Assembly (NCBI RefSeq): GCF_003918875.1
Contig: NW_025767413.1
Coordinates: 868,001-932,000 of the forward strand
Direction of reading: 5' to 3'
Origin: Haliotis rubra
Lineage: Eukaryota
DNA: 64,000 nucleotides
The notes under the pieces were generated by a model. The model was not told the origin of the DNA. It worked only from the letters and a program-made list of their open reading frames with translations, and made no database searches. Shown one piece after another: positions 1 to 12,990 of the stretch; the first letter of the stretch is position 1; every line of letters begins with the position of its first letter. A program made the position numbers and the translations under genes.

Positions 1-622
1 TTATATCATCATTTCCTAATTTGTAGATACAACTTTCACTTTCATATAACAAGGAACCATCTGAAGAACAGAACGTGTAATATTCACTATGTTCGACGCA
101 GTAGCGGGTACGCTTAAAAGACACATATGCTTCATTACACTTCCCGTTCTGTGAGTATACGGGTTTCTGACAAGACCCCCAGAGTTGCATGGAACACTTG
201 GCTGTGTAGCGAGATTGTTTGTAGAAGAAACTTGGCATCAAAACACAGAGTCCTGGGGGTGCCAAGATTGTAGTTGCATTGTATGAATGGTACATGGAGA
301 ACAACAATAGAAGACACACTCGTAAATCACCTTGGTAAACATTGCTATATTGTGGCTATGGGTAATTGCCTGGCGAGTGTGTGTTCGCCTAAGGAGATAG
401 CAGACCCAAACCTCGGTGTATCTACAAAGTAAGGCCAGTAGGACGCTTCTTGGAAGGCTTGAAGATCTGGAAACTAGTTGTCACCATCACCTACCACCAT
501 TCTTGTGTCAGTTTCCGTGACTACCAGATAGAAAGCCCATGGTTATCAAAACAGGAACACGTGTACAAAATCATCAAATTTCTTCTGAACTGTGACTGTG
601 CTATCAAATGTGTCATTGAAGT
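1..622 (-). pseudogene. Decayed exon(s) of a Cys-rich extracellular/receptor gene running off the window start
   Basis: The minus frame is open from 355 to position 1 (...MYHSYNATTILAPPGLCVLMPSFFYKQSRYTAKCSMQLWGSCQKPVYSQNGKCNEAYVSFKRTRYCVEHSEYYTFCSSDGSLLYESESCIYKLGNDDI); it is absent from the ORF track because it has no stop. There is an acceptor-like tttgctttag at ~623-632, and the part above 355 has stops and a frameshift. The Cys spacing and 'CIY' motif recall ectodomains of molluscan GRL101-like receptors (inference). Confidence 0.4.
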
Positions 623-699
623 CTAAAGCAAATTACATTTAATATCAGTATGACTGATAAAAGGGACTTATGTGACGGGTATTTCAGAACAAGCGGACA

Positions 700-967
700 A
701 ATAACAAACATTTTATCCACTGCCTGAGCACCATCTACACCAATGGCTTTCTCCAACACAACCGTGTAAAATGAACCGTTCAGAAATACCAATGGAAGTA
801 TATTTGGCGATTATCACGAGACATTCACATCACACGCTCTTCTTCACATCGAGGAAAACATTTCTCAACCAACTTCACGGCCATTTCATCCACACAAAAC
901 AAACCATTAGTATTTCCGTCGACATTCTAACTTTACCTTACGTTATTCTAGTTAAAATTATCCAGAT
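700..967 (-). pseudogene. Possible decayed SRCR-like exon
   Basis: Fragments NVDGNTNGLFCVD and LHGCVGESHWC in different minus frames resemble the SRCR G-x-x-C-x-D and C-x-G-x-E motifs; stops are present. Confidence 0.25.
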
Positions 968-1200
968 CTGTTTCCCATAAAATGGATTTAGAAAACAATA
1001 ACTGTTTATATTGAACAAAATCACTGCTTTAAATCCATAATGTGAAACCATCTGTGTATACAATCGTTTCAAAACTATGGTGGACCGGAAACGGGAATAC
1101 AATTTAACGGTATTTTAACTCTCAGAAAGGATGGACATTCTGAATGTAATTCATGGACTCCGGGTTGAAAGGTCCAAGCGAAATGAATTAATCAACTTAC

Positions 1201-1317
1201 TCTCTCGGTGAAAACTTCCCGTCGATGCCAACATAAATGGTCCAGAACAGGTAATAATATATAGGCGGGAGCCAGTAGTAGCTGATGGTGTATTTATGAC
1301 CGCGGGTTTAAGACCAG
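1201..1317 (-). pseudogene. 117-bp phase 1-1 exon, CUB-like C-terminal half
   Basis: Acceptor gctttcAG and donor GTAAGT flank an open frame GLKPAVINTPSATTGSRLYIITCSGPFMLASTGSFHRE; the length is divisible by 3. Confidence 0.4.
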
Positions 1318-3624
1318 CTGAAAGCCTGCAATCTCAAAGTGTGGGCGTCGATGAAAGAACCAAACCAGAAACGGCGCAATATATCAGATATCTATAGAAT
1401 TAAATAGGTTTTTACCAATGGAGGTCATGAACACTGCACCCTTAACAGTGGTGGCAGAGACTGTATATCATATGTGTATTTAAAGGTAAATTGTCAATTT
1501 GAATATTTGACCAATGTAACAATTTTCTGTGTTTGTTTTATTGCTTCCGACATAATGTCATCATGTAGAGTTTTTCATACCGGTTAGATTTGTTCTGTCC
1601 GTGGAGGAGAATGAAGAGAGTGAGGGGAGTGGTTACAAGAGAATGGCGCTGGCGGGATCCTAGTATGGCTGCACCAAGAGATTGTTCCCATTATGCACCC
1701 TGTTGTACAGGAACGGCCAAATGGTTTCTGGTGCCACATGTCAATCCAGCCACCGTTTCAAGAACGTTCCACACATTTACGCCAGTTGGGATTATGTTTT
1801 TAGACAAACAGACACGACGTCAGGTTGATAAGCCTTTCAAAGGACATCAAACCCAAATAAATCCGTTCAATCTTTGGTATTATATGTAAACGAGCAGAAC
1901 ACTGTAAGCCGACAGATCAGGACAAGTACTAAGGTACGACTGAATGAGGTTTGATGGTCATGATGCCAATCAAGGACTATCATGTGCAATCTCTATTATG
2001 TATTTCTCATATGCTGGTAGTGACTGAACTGCGACGTAACACACACAATTAATACGATTATATACAATTAATTGGAAATATTCAGTTCACATTTTGTCAT
2101 ATAATCATCTGAATGCAGATTGATCGACTATCCCACGCCAAGTTTTGGGTGAGTGCTTTATCCGTCTGATCTTTTATAAGGAAACAAATGTGTACTCATT
2201 CTGCGACAGAGCAGCGTTATTGTCTCCTAATTGTGCTCTACGGGCCATCAGCAGACTAGGACTGGCGTGTATGCACTACATGAAACATGACCTTTGACAC
2301 CGTGCATATATCAAGTATGCGGTCAATGGCAGCATTAAATGTCAGACATAATAGTGAATTAGCCAAAAGGTGTAATGTATTAGGATTGGTTGCACCGAGG
2401 TATCAGGTTCTCCACAGTCGAGACCATATACATTACATAACACATAGTAGGTCTCTCTGACAGTACTTAACCATGGAAACTATACCTAGTGGAAGATAAA
2501 TTTTGTTTAAAATAAGTCATTCTAGTTTGTAATAGTTAAGCATCCGAAATATATAAAGTTCAGTGCACTAACATTCCCATATGTCTTTATGAAGCGCCTA
2601 AATTTAACATATCTCTAAAGTGTTAGAGGGGCAGTTTGTCAGTGATTAGAGTTGAGTTTAACGCTGTTTGGGACACATTTTCTGTTATATATAGCTGTCA
2701 CCTTTAAGTCCATATTTAGCATGTACTGTTGATAGTTTGGGGGAAAAATGACAGTCAGGACAAATTTGATTTCAAATGTTACTGTTGGGAAAAAAACGAA
2801 AACAATCTTACATTCATCTAGAAACAACCTTTCAGTCGTCAGTGAACATCACATCACAAACTCTTTTTCTCTGTTTATTTATCATTATTTGTCCCTGCTC
2901 CGTACGTGAACAAACTCGATAAGGAGGCATCTGTTTGCTTTGCATTAAGATCCGAACAGTACACGTAACTGAAATACACATCCGTTTCAAAGTGATTACA
3001 GACTATAAAGGTTCGGCTACTTGAGACATCTTGCTAGGTTCAATGTAATTGAACGTATGTGTGTATAAAGCAAGCAGTCAAAGGCAGCATCAAGTTCAGA
3101 CAATGGTTGATTACTTGAAGGTCTCAACGGACTGACTGACACAGATTCGTTATACGAAAATCTTAGATTATATCCAGCTGAGGCGAATTACCAATATACT
3201 TACAGCACAGGCGTCTATAAAAGTCACTATCAGAGTCGGTGCTTTACGCTACCGTAGGCCAGTATCAAGACATACAACATATGATAGCCTCAGCAGCAAA
3301 ACACGTGAAATTGAATATGGTTATCAAAAAAATATGTTCCTCACACTTCGAGTTGTGTATATTTCCAGAATCGCTCAAATTGCTCAAGTGTGTATGGTGT
3401 TATTACGCCGCTTTGAACAGTAATTAGTTTGTGAGTGAGTATGTTTTCATATCATTATATCCAGGAACATCAAGGTAGGAATATCTGAAACTGACCTCAC
3501 ACATCAAAACCATGTATGATATTGAAACCGTGCCAGCGGGGGCATCGTGATATCGTGATATGGAACACATTAGACTACTTCATCGACCCTATCCGGGGGA
3601 GTTATCACAATATACACACCCTTT

Positions 3625-4230
3625 ACTGACAGCTACACATTTACACACAGTAAAACGTTCACACTGACAGTAAAACATTCATACTGACAGCTACACATTC
3701 ACACTGACAGTAAAACATTCATACTGACAGCTACACATTCACACTGACAGTAAAACATTCATACTGACAGCTACACTGACGGCAACATATTCACACTGAC
3801 AGAAACATATTCAGACTGACAGAAACATATTCACACCTACAGAAACATATTCACACTGCCGGCAACATAATTACACTGACGGCAACATATTCACACTGAC
3901 AGAAACATATTCACACTGACAGAAACATATTCACACCTACAGAAACATATTCACACCTACAGAAACATATTCACACCTACAGAAACATATTCACACCTAC
4001 AGAAACATATTCACCTATTCACTGACGGCACTGATTCACACAGAAAAACATATTCACACTGACACAGACAGAAACATATTCACACCTACAGAAACATATT
4101 CACACAGACAGAAACATATTCACACTGACGGCAGCATATATCACACAGACAGAAACATATTCACACTGACAGAAACATATTCACACAGACAGAAACATAT
4201 TCACACTGACGGCAACATGTTCACACTTAC
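3625..4230. repeat. 20-bp minisatellite (CACACTGACAGAAACATATT and variants), ~30 copies
   Basis: Direct tandem repetition; the left part alternates two 20-mers (40-bp dimer). Confidence 0.95.
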
Positions 4231-5889
4231 ACTAGCACTGTTTTTGACATGACTCAGACGTGCCCTTGTAACCGCCCAAAAATGAAGAGTTCTTTCATAG
4301 ATATCACAGTATCGCTCTGTGATATACAGAGAAACGAACTCAGCGAATTTGTATCAAAACCCTTCTTTAACTTCGTATAAATCTACATCACGATAAACAT
4401 CATAGACATGCTCTTTGGTTTACGCTATTTTTAAAGTTGCGATAAACAAACATTATCTGTTGATGATAAACCACTGCGTGCGTGATGTATCTGGATGTCC
4501 TAGCCCCGAGGGACGATAACATGTCCCATGTTCCTGTAGAAGACGTGTATGCCAAGAGGTTCTACTACTTATCAAGGCACCGAAATAACTGCATATTCAT
4601 TCTTCATAAGCAATATGAAGATAACAGAAGTTTATGTCATGCATAAATGCCCTTGAAACCTGACAGTTGTTCGGATGGCTCTCAGGTTACCAAACCAGTG
4701 CACCTCGGCTACAAAACCAATGAATCCTGTGTGCACTGTTTTCAATGGGAATGGCTTCAGATGCAACAAGTGCAAACCGATCGCTGTAGCAATTGCTTCA
4801 ATTATGAATAATCGCTCCTTGCGGACTAAGATATGCGCATCCTCGACTAGGCACATAGGAGAAGACTTCTTGGCATTTATCGCTTGAGTTCCACACAGGG
4901 TTACGGAGGTATTTAATCGTTTAACAAGTACGAGAAGATGTTGCGAAGCTTGCATCATGAATGAGTGAACTTGATCAACAGAAAATATTTGGATAGGCAT
5001 TTCTCCATAACAATTTACTCAGGTAAAGGGTTACGGTACTTGAATACTGCCATTCTTTAAATACTTTATGAGATAAGTTCACATGCAGCAAGTATGTAAT
5101 GTGTTTGGTTTGGGATCGTTTTACCCACCCGAGAGATAATAAACTTCTTTATCTTTACCATAAAAAAAGCATAGATACAAAAAATACATAGATAATTAGA
5201 AACCTGCAGCTTATATGATAAACCTATCACATAGACATTAAAATAAGTGAAGGTAAAGGCTTATAGAGATATGAATGTTTAAGTGTTATTTAAACTCGGT
5301 CAGCATTAACGGGAAGAAAATGAACTACCTTTACATGTTTATTCTACGAACAAATCCAATCAGTAAACATTTAACGGAAAGTATGCTATCACTAACGCCT
5401 GCCGCCGATTCTTACCTAAAATATCTTAATTAATATCAGTCTCCAAATGCCGACTCTTTGTAACGCCCGGGTTACCGTTCATAAAGCAACTTTAGTTTCC
5501 TTTAGTCTCTTGTGATCTTATGTTGATCAACATGGAACTGCCTGACTGATAATGAGGCTGTTTTGCCGCATTGCTTGCCATCAAACGAGTCCAGAGAGCA
5601 ATTATTGGTATGTTTACGACTGGGGTAGGCGTACGATATGGACCATCATGAATGACACCTGTTGCCAAACTCATTTACATCGACACGAACCTAAATCTGG
5701 AGGCAAGAATCATTCATTTATTCATCAATGACGTCAGCGCTCATCCTATACATCTGCCAAGATAGGCACAGTGGGCTTTTCAACGAATTCGTATACGAAA
5801 GTATTGAGTTTCAAAGCGTATTACAGAACACTGATGTTTACTTATGATCTGATGCTCACGGAAAAACGTTCAAATACCGTAATGACGGC

Positions 5890-8800
5890 GTTCTAAAAGC
5901 ACGAGTCTATTACATGGAGGCAAACATGGGTCCTTAATGGTTAGACTTCTAAAGCACGAGTTTATGAGATGGAGACAAACGCGGGTCCTTAAAGGTGAGC
6001 CTTCTAAAGCACAAGTTTATTAGATGGAGACAAACGTGGGCCCTTAATGGTTAACACGAGTTTATTAGATGGAGACAAACGCGGGCCTTTAATGGTTAAC
6101 CTTCTAAAGCACGAGTTTATTAGATGGAGACAAACGTGGGCCATTAATGGTTAGACTTCTAAAGCACAAGTTTATTAGATGGATACAAACGTGGGCCCTT
6201 AATGGTTAACACGAGTTTATTAGATGGAGACAAACGCGGGCCTTTAATGGTTAACCTTCTAAAGCACGAGTTTATTAGATGGAGACAAACGCGGGTCCTG
6301 GTGACCATAAAGGTGAGCCTTTATAAAAACGCACGAGTTTTTTAGATGGAGACAAACGCGGGCCTTTAATGGTTAACCTTCTAAAGCACGAGTTTATTAG
6401 ATGGAAACAAACGCGGGTCCTTGATGGTTAGACTTCTAAAGCAGGAGTTTATTAGATGGAGACAAACGCGGGTCCTTAAAGGTGAGCCTTCTAAAGCACG
6501 AGTTTATTAGATGGAGACAAACGTGGGCCCTTAATGGTTAACACGAGTTTATTAGATGGAGACAAACGCGGGCCTTTAATGGTTAACACGAGTTTATTAG
6601 ATGGAGACAAACGTGGGCCCTTAATGGTTAACACGAGTTTATTAGATGGAGACAAACGCGGGCCTTTAATGGTTAACACGGGTTTATTAGATGGAGACAA
6701 ACGTGGGCCCTCAATGGTTAACACGACTTTATTAGATGGAGACAAACGCGGGTCCTTAAAGGTGAGCCTTCTAAAGCACGAGTTTATTAGATGGAGACAA
6801 ACGTGGGCCCTTAATGGTTAACACGAGTTTATCAGATGGAGACAAACGCGGGCCTTTAATGGTTAACCTTCTAAAGCACGAGTTTATTAGATGGAGACAA
6901 ACGCGGGCCCTTAATGGTTAGACTTCTAAAGCACAAGTTTATTAGATGGAGACAAACGTGGGCCCTTAATGGTTAACACGAGTTTATTAGATGGAGACAA
7001 ACGTGGGCCCTCAATGGTTAACCTTCTAAAGCACGAGTTTATTAGATGGAGACAAACGTGGGCCATTAATTTTAGACTTCTAAAGCACAAGTTTATTAGA
7101 TGGAGACAAACGTGGGCCCTTAATGGTTAACACGAGTTTATCAGATGGAGACAAACGCGGGCCTTTAATGGTTAACCTTCTAAAGCACGAGTTTATTAGA
7201 TGGAGACAAACGTGGGCCCTTAATGGTTAACACGAATTTATTAGATGGAGACAAACGCGGGCCTTTAATGGTTAACCTTCTAAAGCACGAGTTTATTAGA
7301 TGGAGACAAACGCGGGTCCTTAAAGGTGAGCCTTTATAAAGCACGAGTTTTTTAGATGGAGACAAACGCGGGCCTTTAATGGTTAACCTTCTAAAGCACG
7401 AGTTTATTAGATGGAAACAAACGCGGGTCCTTGATGGTTAGACTTCTAAAGCAGGAGTTTATTAGATGGAGACAAACGCGGGTCCTTAAAGGTGAGCCTT
7501 CTAAAGCACGAGTTTATTAGATGGAGACAAACGTGGGCCCTTAATGGTTAACACGAGTTTATTAAATGGAGACAAACGCGGGCCTTTAATGGTTAACACG
7601 ATTTTATTAGATGGAGACAAACGTGGGCCCTTAATGGTTAACACGAGTTTATTAGATGGAGACAAACGCGGGCCTTAAATGGTTAACACGGGTTTATTAG
7701 ATGGAGACAAACGTGGGCCCTCAATGGTTAACACGAGTTTATTAGATGGAGACAAACGCGGGTCCTTAAAGGTGAGCCTTCTAAAGCAGGAGTTTATTAG
7801 ATGGAGACAAACGTGGGCCCTTAATGGTTAACACGAGTTTATCAGATGGAGACAAACGCGGGCCTTTAATGGTTAACCTTCTAAAGCACGAGTTTATTAG
7901 ATGGAGACAAACGCGGGCCCTTAATGGTTAGACTTCTAAAGCACAAGTTTATTAGATGGAGACAAACGTGGGCCCTTAATGGTTAACACGAGTTTATTAG
8001 ATGGAGACAAACGTGGGCCCTCAATGGTTAACCTTCTAAAATGACGAGTTTATTAGATGGAGACAAACGTGGGCCATTAATTGTTAGACTTCTAAAGCAC
8101 AAGTTTATTAGATGGAGACAAACATGGAGACAAACGCGGGCCTTTAATGGTTAACCTTCTAAAGCACGAGTTTATTAGATGGAGACAAACGTGGGCCCTT
8201 AATGGTTAACACGAATTTATTAGATGGAGACAAACCCGGGTCCTTAAAGGTGAGCTTTCTAAAGCACGAGGTTATTAGATGGAGACAAACGCGGGCCCTT
8301 AATGGTTAACACGAGTTTATTAGATGGAGACAAACGCGGGCCTTTAATGGTTAACCTTCTAAAGCAGGAGTTTATTAGATGGAGACAAACGCGGGCCATT
8401 AATGGTTAGACTTCTAAAGCACGAGTTTATTAGATGGAGACAAACGTGGGCCCTTAATGGTTAACACGAGTTTATTAGATGGAGACAAACGTGGGCCCTC
8501 AATGGTTAACCTTCTAAAGCACGAGTTTATTAGATGGAGACAAACGTGGGCCATTAATGGTTAGACTTCTAAAGCACAAGTTTATTAGATGGATACAAAC
8601 GTGGGCCCTTAATGGTTAACACGAGTTTATTAGATGGAGACAAACGCAGGCCTTTAATGGTTAACCTTCTAAAGCACGAGTTTATTAGATGGAAACAAAC
8701 GCGGGTCCTTGATGGTTAGACTTCTAAAGCAGGAGTTTATTAGATGGAGACAAACGCGGGTCCTTAAAGGTGAGCCTTCTAAAGCACGAGTTTATTAGAT

Positions 8801-9427
8801 GGAGACAAACGTGGGCCCTTAATGGTTAACACGAGTTTATTAGATGGAGACAAACGTGGGCCTTTAATGGTTAACACGAGTTTATTAGATGGAGACAAAC
8901 GTGGGCCTTTAATGGTTAACACGAGTTTATTAGATGGAGACAAACGCGGGAGTTTATTAGATGGAGACAAACGCGGGCCCCTCAATGGTTAACACGAGTT
9001 TATTAGATGGAGACAAACGCGGGTCCTTAAAGGTGAGCCTTCTAAAGCACGAGTTTATTAGATGGAGACAAACGTGGGCCCTTAATGGTTAACACGAGTT
9101 TATCAGATGGAGACAAACGCGGGCCTTTAATGGTTAACCTTCTAAAGCACGAGTTTATTAGATGGAGACAAACGTGGGCCCTTAATGGTTAACACGAATT
9201 TATTAGATGGAGACAAACCCGGGTCCTTAAAGGTGAGCTTTCTAAAGCACGAGGTTATTAGATGGAGACAAACGCGGGCCCTTAATGGTTAACACGAGTT
9301 TATTAGATGGAGACAAACGCGGGCCTTTAATGGTTAACCTTCTAAAGCACGAGTTTATTAGATGGAGACAAACGCGGGCCCTTAATGGTTAACCTTCTAA
9401 AGCACGAGTTTATTACATGGAGACAAA
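5890..9427. repeat. Satellite of mixed 45-bp and 55-bp units (core ACGAGTTTATTAGATGGAGACAAACG) with higher-order blocks
   Basis: The short unit ends ...GGTTAAC and the long unit adds CTTCTAAAGC. The rare variant GGAAACAAAC...TTGATGG recurs at ~6403, ~7413 and ~8691. Confidence 0.97.
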
Positions 9428-9699
9428 ATGAGATCCTTGTCAGAAAACTTTAAATGTGTTAAATGCACAAAAGAAAACTTTGTTCCCTCGCCTTTGTATG
9501 AACATGAGCTAAGTAAATGGAAAATTATAATCCTTACAGTGACTTTCTACAATACAGCTTCAGTTAAAAGAGAAAGGTTTATATCATTAAGTGTTGACTT
9601 TCTATTAACACGAGGAACCTCTGGGTCCTTAGCGGTTAAGAATGGCACTGATGAAATTCAGCTTGTTTGCTCAGACTGTTCCCTATTTACAGGCAAAGC

Positions 9700-10140
9700 A
9701 TGTTTAATGTTTCAAATAGAGAAAATTATAACATAAGATTATTAGCACCAGTAGCAACAGGAACTATAGCATCAACATCATCTGAAATGCAATGCCAATC
9801 TGCATTAAAGAGATCACACATTCCTGAAACATCCAAGTAATGTGTTGCAACTCCAACATGATGCGTGCAGGTGCAACACGTGCATGTCTTAACTAGATAT
9901 GCCCTACAAACACGCAGGTATAAAACCACAAAGCGAACGTATACGTTTGTACGTGCAGTTGATGCCACGAAGGCCCTAACTCACATCTCCTGAACGTGAA
10001 AGGTGCGTACATACCACTCCCACGTTTCAAGCATTCTGCGCCAATGATCAAGGTCGACTTTTTTATTGGTTAATTCACAGGGAGGGTAAACGACTTAAAG
10101 GTAATTAGTTCGAGGTTAAGTTGCAGATTCTGCTCAGACA
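9700..10140 (-). pseudogene. Decayed CUB-like exon
   Basis: Minus-strand fragments: SGMYAPFTFRRC, frameshift, VASTARTNVYVRFVVLYLRVCRAYL...ATGANNLML*FS. These match the CUB pattern Y-P..C-x-W..V-x-V-x-F..L..C..YL..S-x-x-N-x-L-x-L-x-F, with a stop and a frameshift. Confidence 0.4.
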
Positions 10141-10749
10141 CCTGAATGTTCCTTGTCTGCTGCTGATGAAAATATTGGTTGTGTTCGAGGCAACCAACAT
10201 GGGAGTTCGTAATATGATTCTGGGTTTACGCTGACCCGAGTTCTTGGATCAACGGCTTCATTGACTTTGATGGTTACGAAATTTAATTACACAGAATAAA
10301 TACACTTGAAAGTTTATTTTATTTTTTAATGGTATGGATGTAGAAGTGATGGCTCACGGAGACGTCTGAATGTCTATACGGTTATTAGACTAGTTCTGTA
10401 GATACACTCAGGTATGTAGTCATTGCTGTGAAACAAATGAATATCAGACTCACAAAACTAATGAGACTGGATAGGCCCACCTCGCTGCTAACACACATTC
10501 TAATTGTACGATGAGCATTGTAGTTTGATAGTGGTTATAGCGTTGACTCATCACGCAAAACAAAGGGGTTCGATTTCAAATGTCGTGGATGCCCATTCTT
10601 TGTGTCGCCCACCATGACCAAAATGAAGTTAAAAGATGCTTAAAATCTCCAAATCACTTACTTATTCAATACTATGAGTAGAAATGTATCAACAGACAAG
10701 AGCAGTATATCGCTGGTGTAAATGATAGAAAGCTGAAATAGGTCTGGGG

Positions 10750-10912
10750 GTGAGTGAGTGAGTGAGTTTAGTTTTACGCCGCGTTTAGCAATATTTCAGC
10801 AACATCACGTCGGGGGCCACCAGAAATGGGCTTCACACCCAAGTGGGAAATCGAACACGGGTCTTCGGCGTGACGAGCGAACGCTTTAACCACCAGGCTA
10901 CCCCACCGCGCC
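10750..10912 (-). mobile_element. tRNA-derived SINE, family A ((ACTC)n tail)
   Basis: The reverse complement has an A-box-like GTAGCCTGGTGG, a B box GTTCGATT, the body GAAGCCCATTTCTGGTG and the tail GCGGCGTAAAACTAAACTCACTC; homologous to the copies at 23276 and 28437. Confidence 0.9.
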
Positions 10913-12379
10913 TTGGAATCGGTCTAACAGGATACATATTGGTACTATATACAATGCAATGTCGCCATTACCACAGTTACCCTTACTCCCTGGAGATCAC
11001 AAAATAATATAACATAATGGAGACCTATCTGCACTGCAATCTGCGACACAGAAACCTTTACCGTTTGTTGCTGAAATAGCTGCCAAGCCTTGATGACTTA
11101 AAGATATCTTTACATATAATGTTTTGAGATTAATATCGCAACTCAATATTAGTGAGAAGCGCTTAGACATCAGCGTTAAACACAACAACCTTAGGTGATG
11201 TCGTTTGTTGAAAAAATGTTGTTTTCAAATACCTGTCAATAGCATCTACGTCAGTTAATGAATACTGTAACATTAGCTGTGTCGACTGTAAATCTCTCCC
11301 GGCAACATGCTGTGCATGACATATAAAAAACTTCTTTGAAGCCCAAAATATTTTTATTTTCGGGGACAGGAATGGTAAGGACGTGAAGATAGGATTCCTT
11401 GTAAGACTACTCGTCATTAATCGTGGTAACTGTGTAGGCACGAGCAAGAATACTCAGTGTCAAAACAAACGGAATTCTTAGAAACGTTGCACGTGTTTCT
11501 CGTGCATTCCTTTTTGCACACGCATAGTAGATGAGACGAGAAAAGCAGCCCATTTACCCCGTTGGAACATGTTCATTAACGCTGGCGTCGTCTCTTGTTC
11601 ACAGTTTCGTTTTCGTGGGGTTAAAGGCGTAATGGAATATATAATTCCCAGCTGCGTGCCTAACTGTGATCCTCATGAGACAAACTCAGATTCAAAAATG
11701 TTTTTTACCTCCACAGAGTTCGGTGAAGCAGGAGCTGGTGGAGAAAGGGTTGGCACAGTACAAGGATATTTGATCTCAAGTGTCTTTGACCACATTCGGA
11801 AGACTTGCTTAACCAGCAATTTCTTGACCATGAATTTTCAGGCTGTGCGCACTAGTATATTTAATTAATAATTTCAGCAACATTGTGTCCGAGACAAGGG
11901 ACAAAACAACTCACTCACAGTCTTCACTCAAGCCTCTTGTTCCATTAGTTGTCAATCACAACTCACCACGCTGGCGATTTTGGCTGAAGACGAGGTCTTC
12001 CTGATTGATGTATCGGGAATCGAACACGGGTAGGGGACGTTTTAACAACCTCACCAACCCACCTAACACCGCCCTTCGGATATTTCTAGCATGTAATGAC
12101 TTGACGCAGCAGAATATAATCCATTATATCGTATAGCCTGTCGGTTTAGTTCTGCTTCTTGTTTCCATAACAGAACAAGTACATGTTGGTATACATTAAC
12201 CAATGCATCCTATATGTTCTCCTTTCCATAACTACCGGCGGAGATGGAATGGAAAATACACCTGACGTAAAATTGGCAATCGGACGAAACAGTAATCAAA
12301 TAGAAACATTCAAACTGAGAAGTTATGCTGAATTTAACTCTCTTCCATGCAGTCTGATCCCCGAGATGATCATATGATA

Positions 12380-12990
12380 AAGTTCTGGCTGACCCTTAGT
12401 ATTGTGTCGTTCTGGCTGAATGATGTTGTGGCTGTTCCCCCGATATCACCTTCTTGCTTATCCCTGATGATCAGCTAGTATAGTGTAGTTCTTGCTGATC
12501 CCCTACTATAAAGACGCTGTGGCTGTTCCCCCGATATCACCTTCTTGCTTATCCCTGATGATCAGCTAGTATAGTGTAGTTCCTGCTGATCCCCTACTAT
12601 AAAGACGTTGTGGCTGTTCCCCCGATATTACCTTCTTGCTTATCCCTGATGATCAGCTAGTATAGTGTAGTTCTTGTTGATCCCCTACTATAAAGACGCT
12701 GTGGCTGTTACCCCGATATATTGTAGTTCATGCTTATCCCTGATGATCAGCTAGTATAGTGTAGTTCTTGCTGATCCCCTACTATAAAGACGCTGTGGCT
12801 GTTCCCGGATATATTGTAGTTCATGCTTATCCCTGATGATCAGCTAGTAAAGTGTAGTTCTTGCTGATCCCCTACTATAAAGACGTCGTGGCTGTTCCCC
12901 CGATATATTGTTGTTCATGCTTATCCCTGATGATCAGCTAGTATAGTGTAGTTCTTGCTGATCCCCTACTCTCATAACGTTGTGGATGTT
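12380..12990. repeat. 91/94-bp tandem repeat built from ~28-bp subunits
   Basis: GTGGCTGTT recurs at 12428, 12519 and 12610 (period 91). Confidence 0.93.

Noticed and set aside
5890-9427. CRISPR-like appearance (constant core with variable intervening sequence)
   Set aside because: The intervening sequences are a few recurring variants, not unique spacers; there are no cas genes and the context is eukaryotic.
12440-12950. Hammerhead ribozymes in the 91-bp repeat (CTGATGA in each unit)
   Set aside because: CTGATGA is not followed by a stem II and GAAA; it forms part of a small CTGAT-G-ATCAG palindrome.
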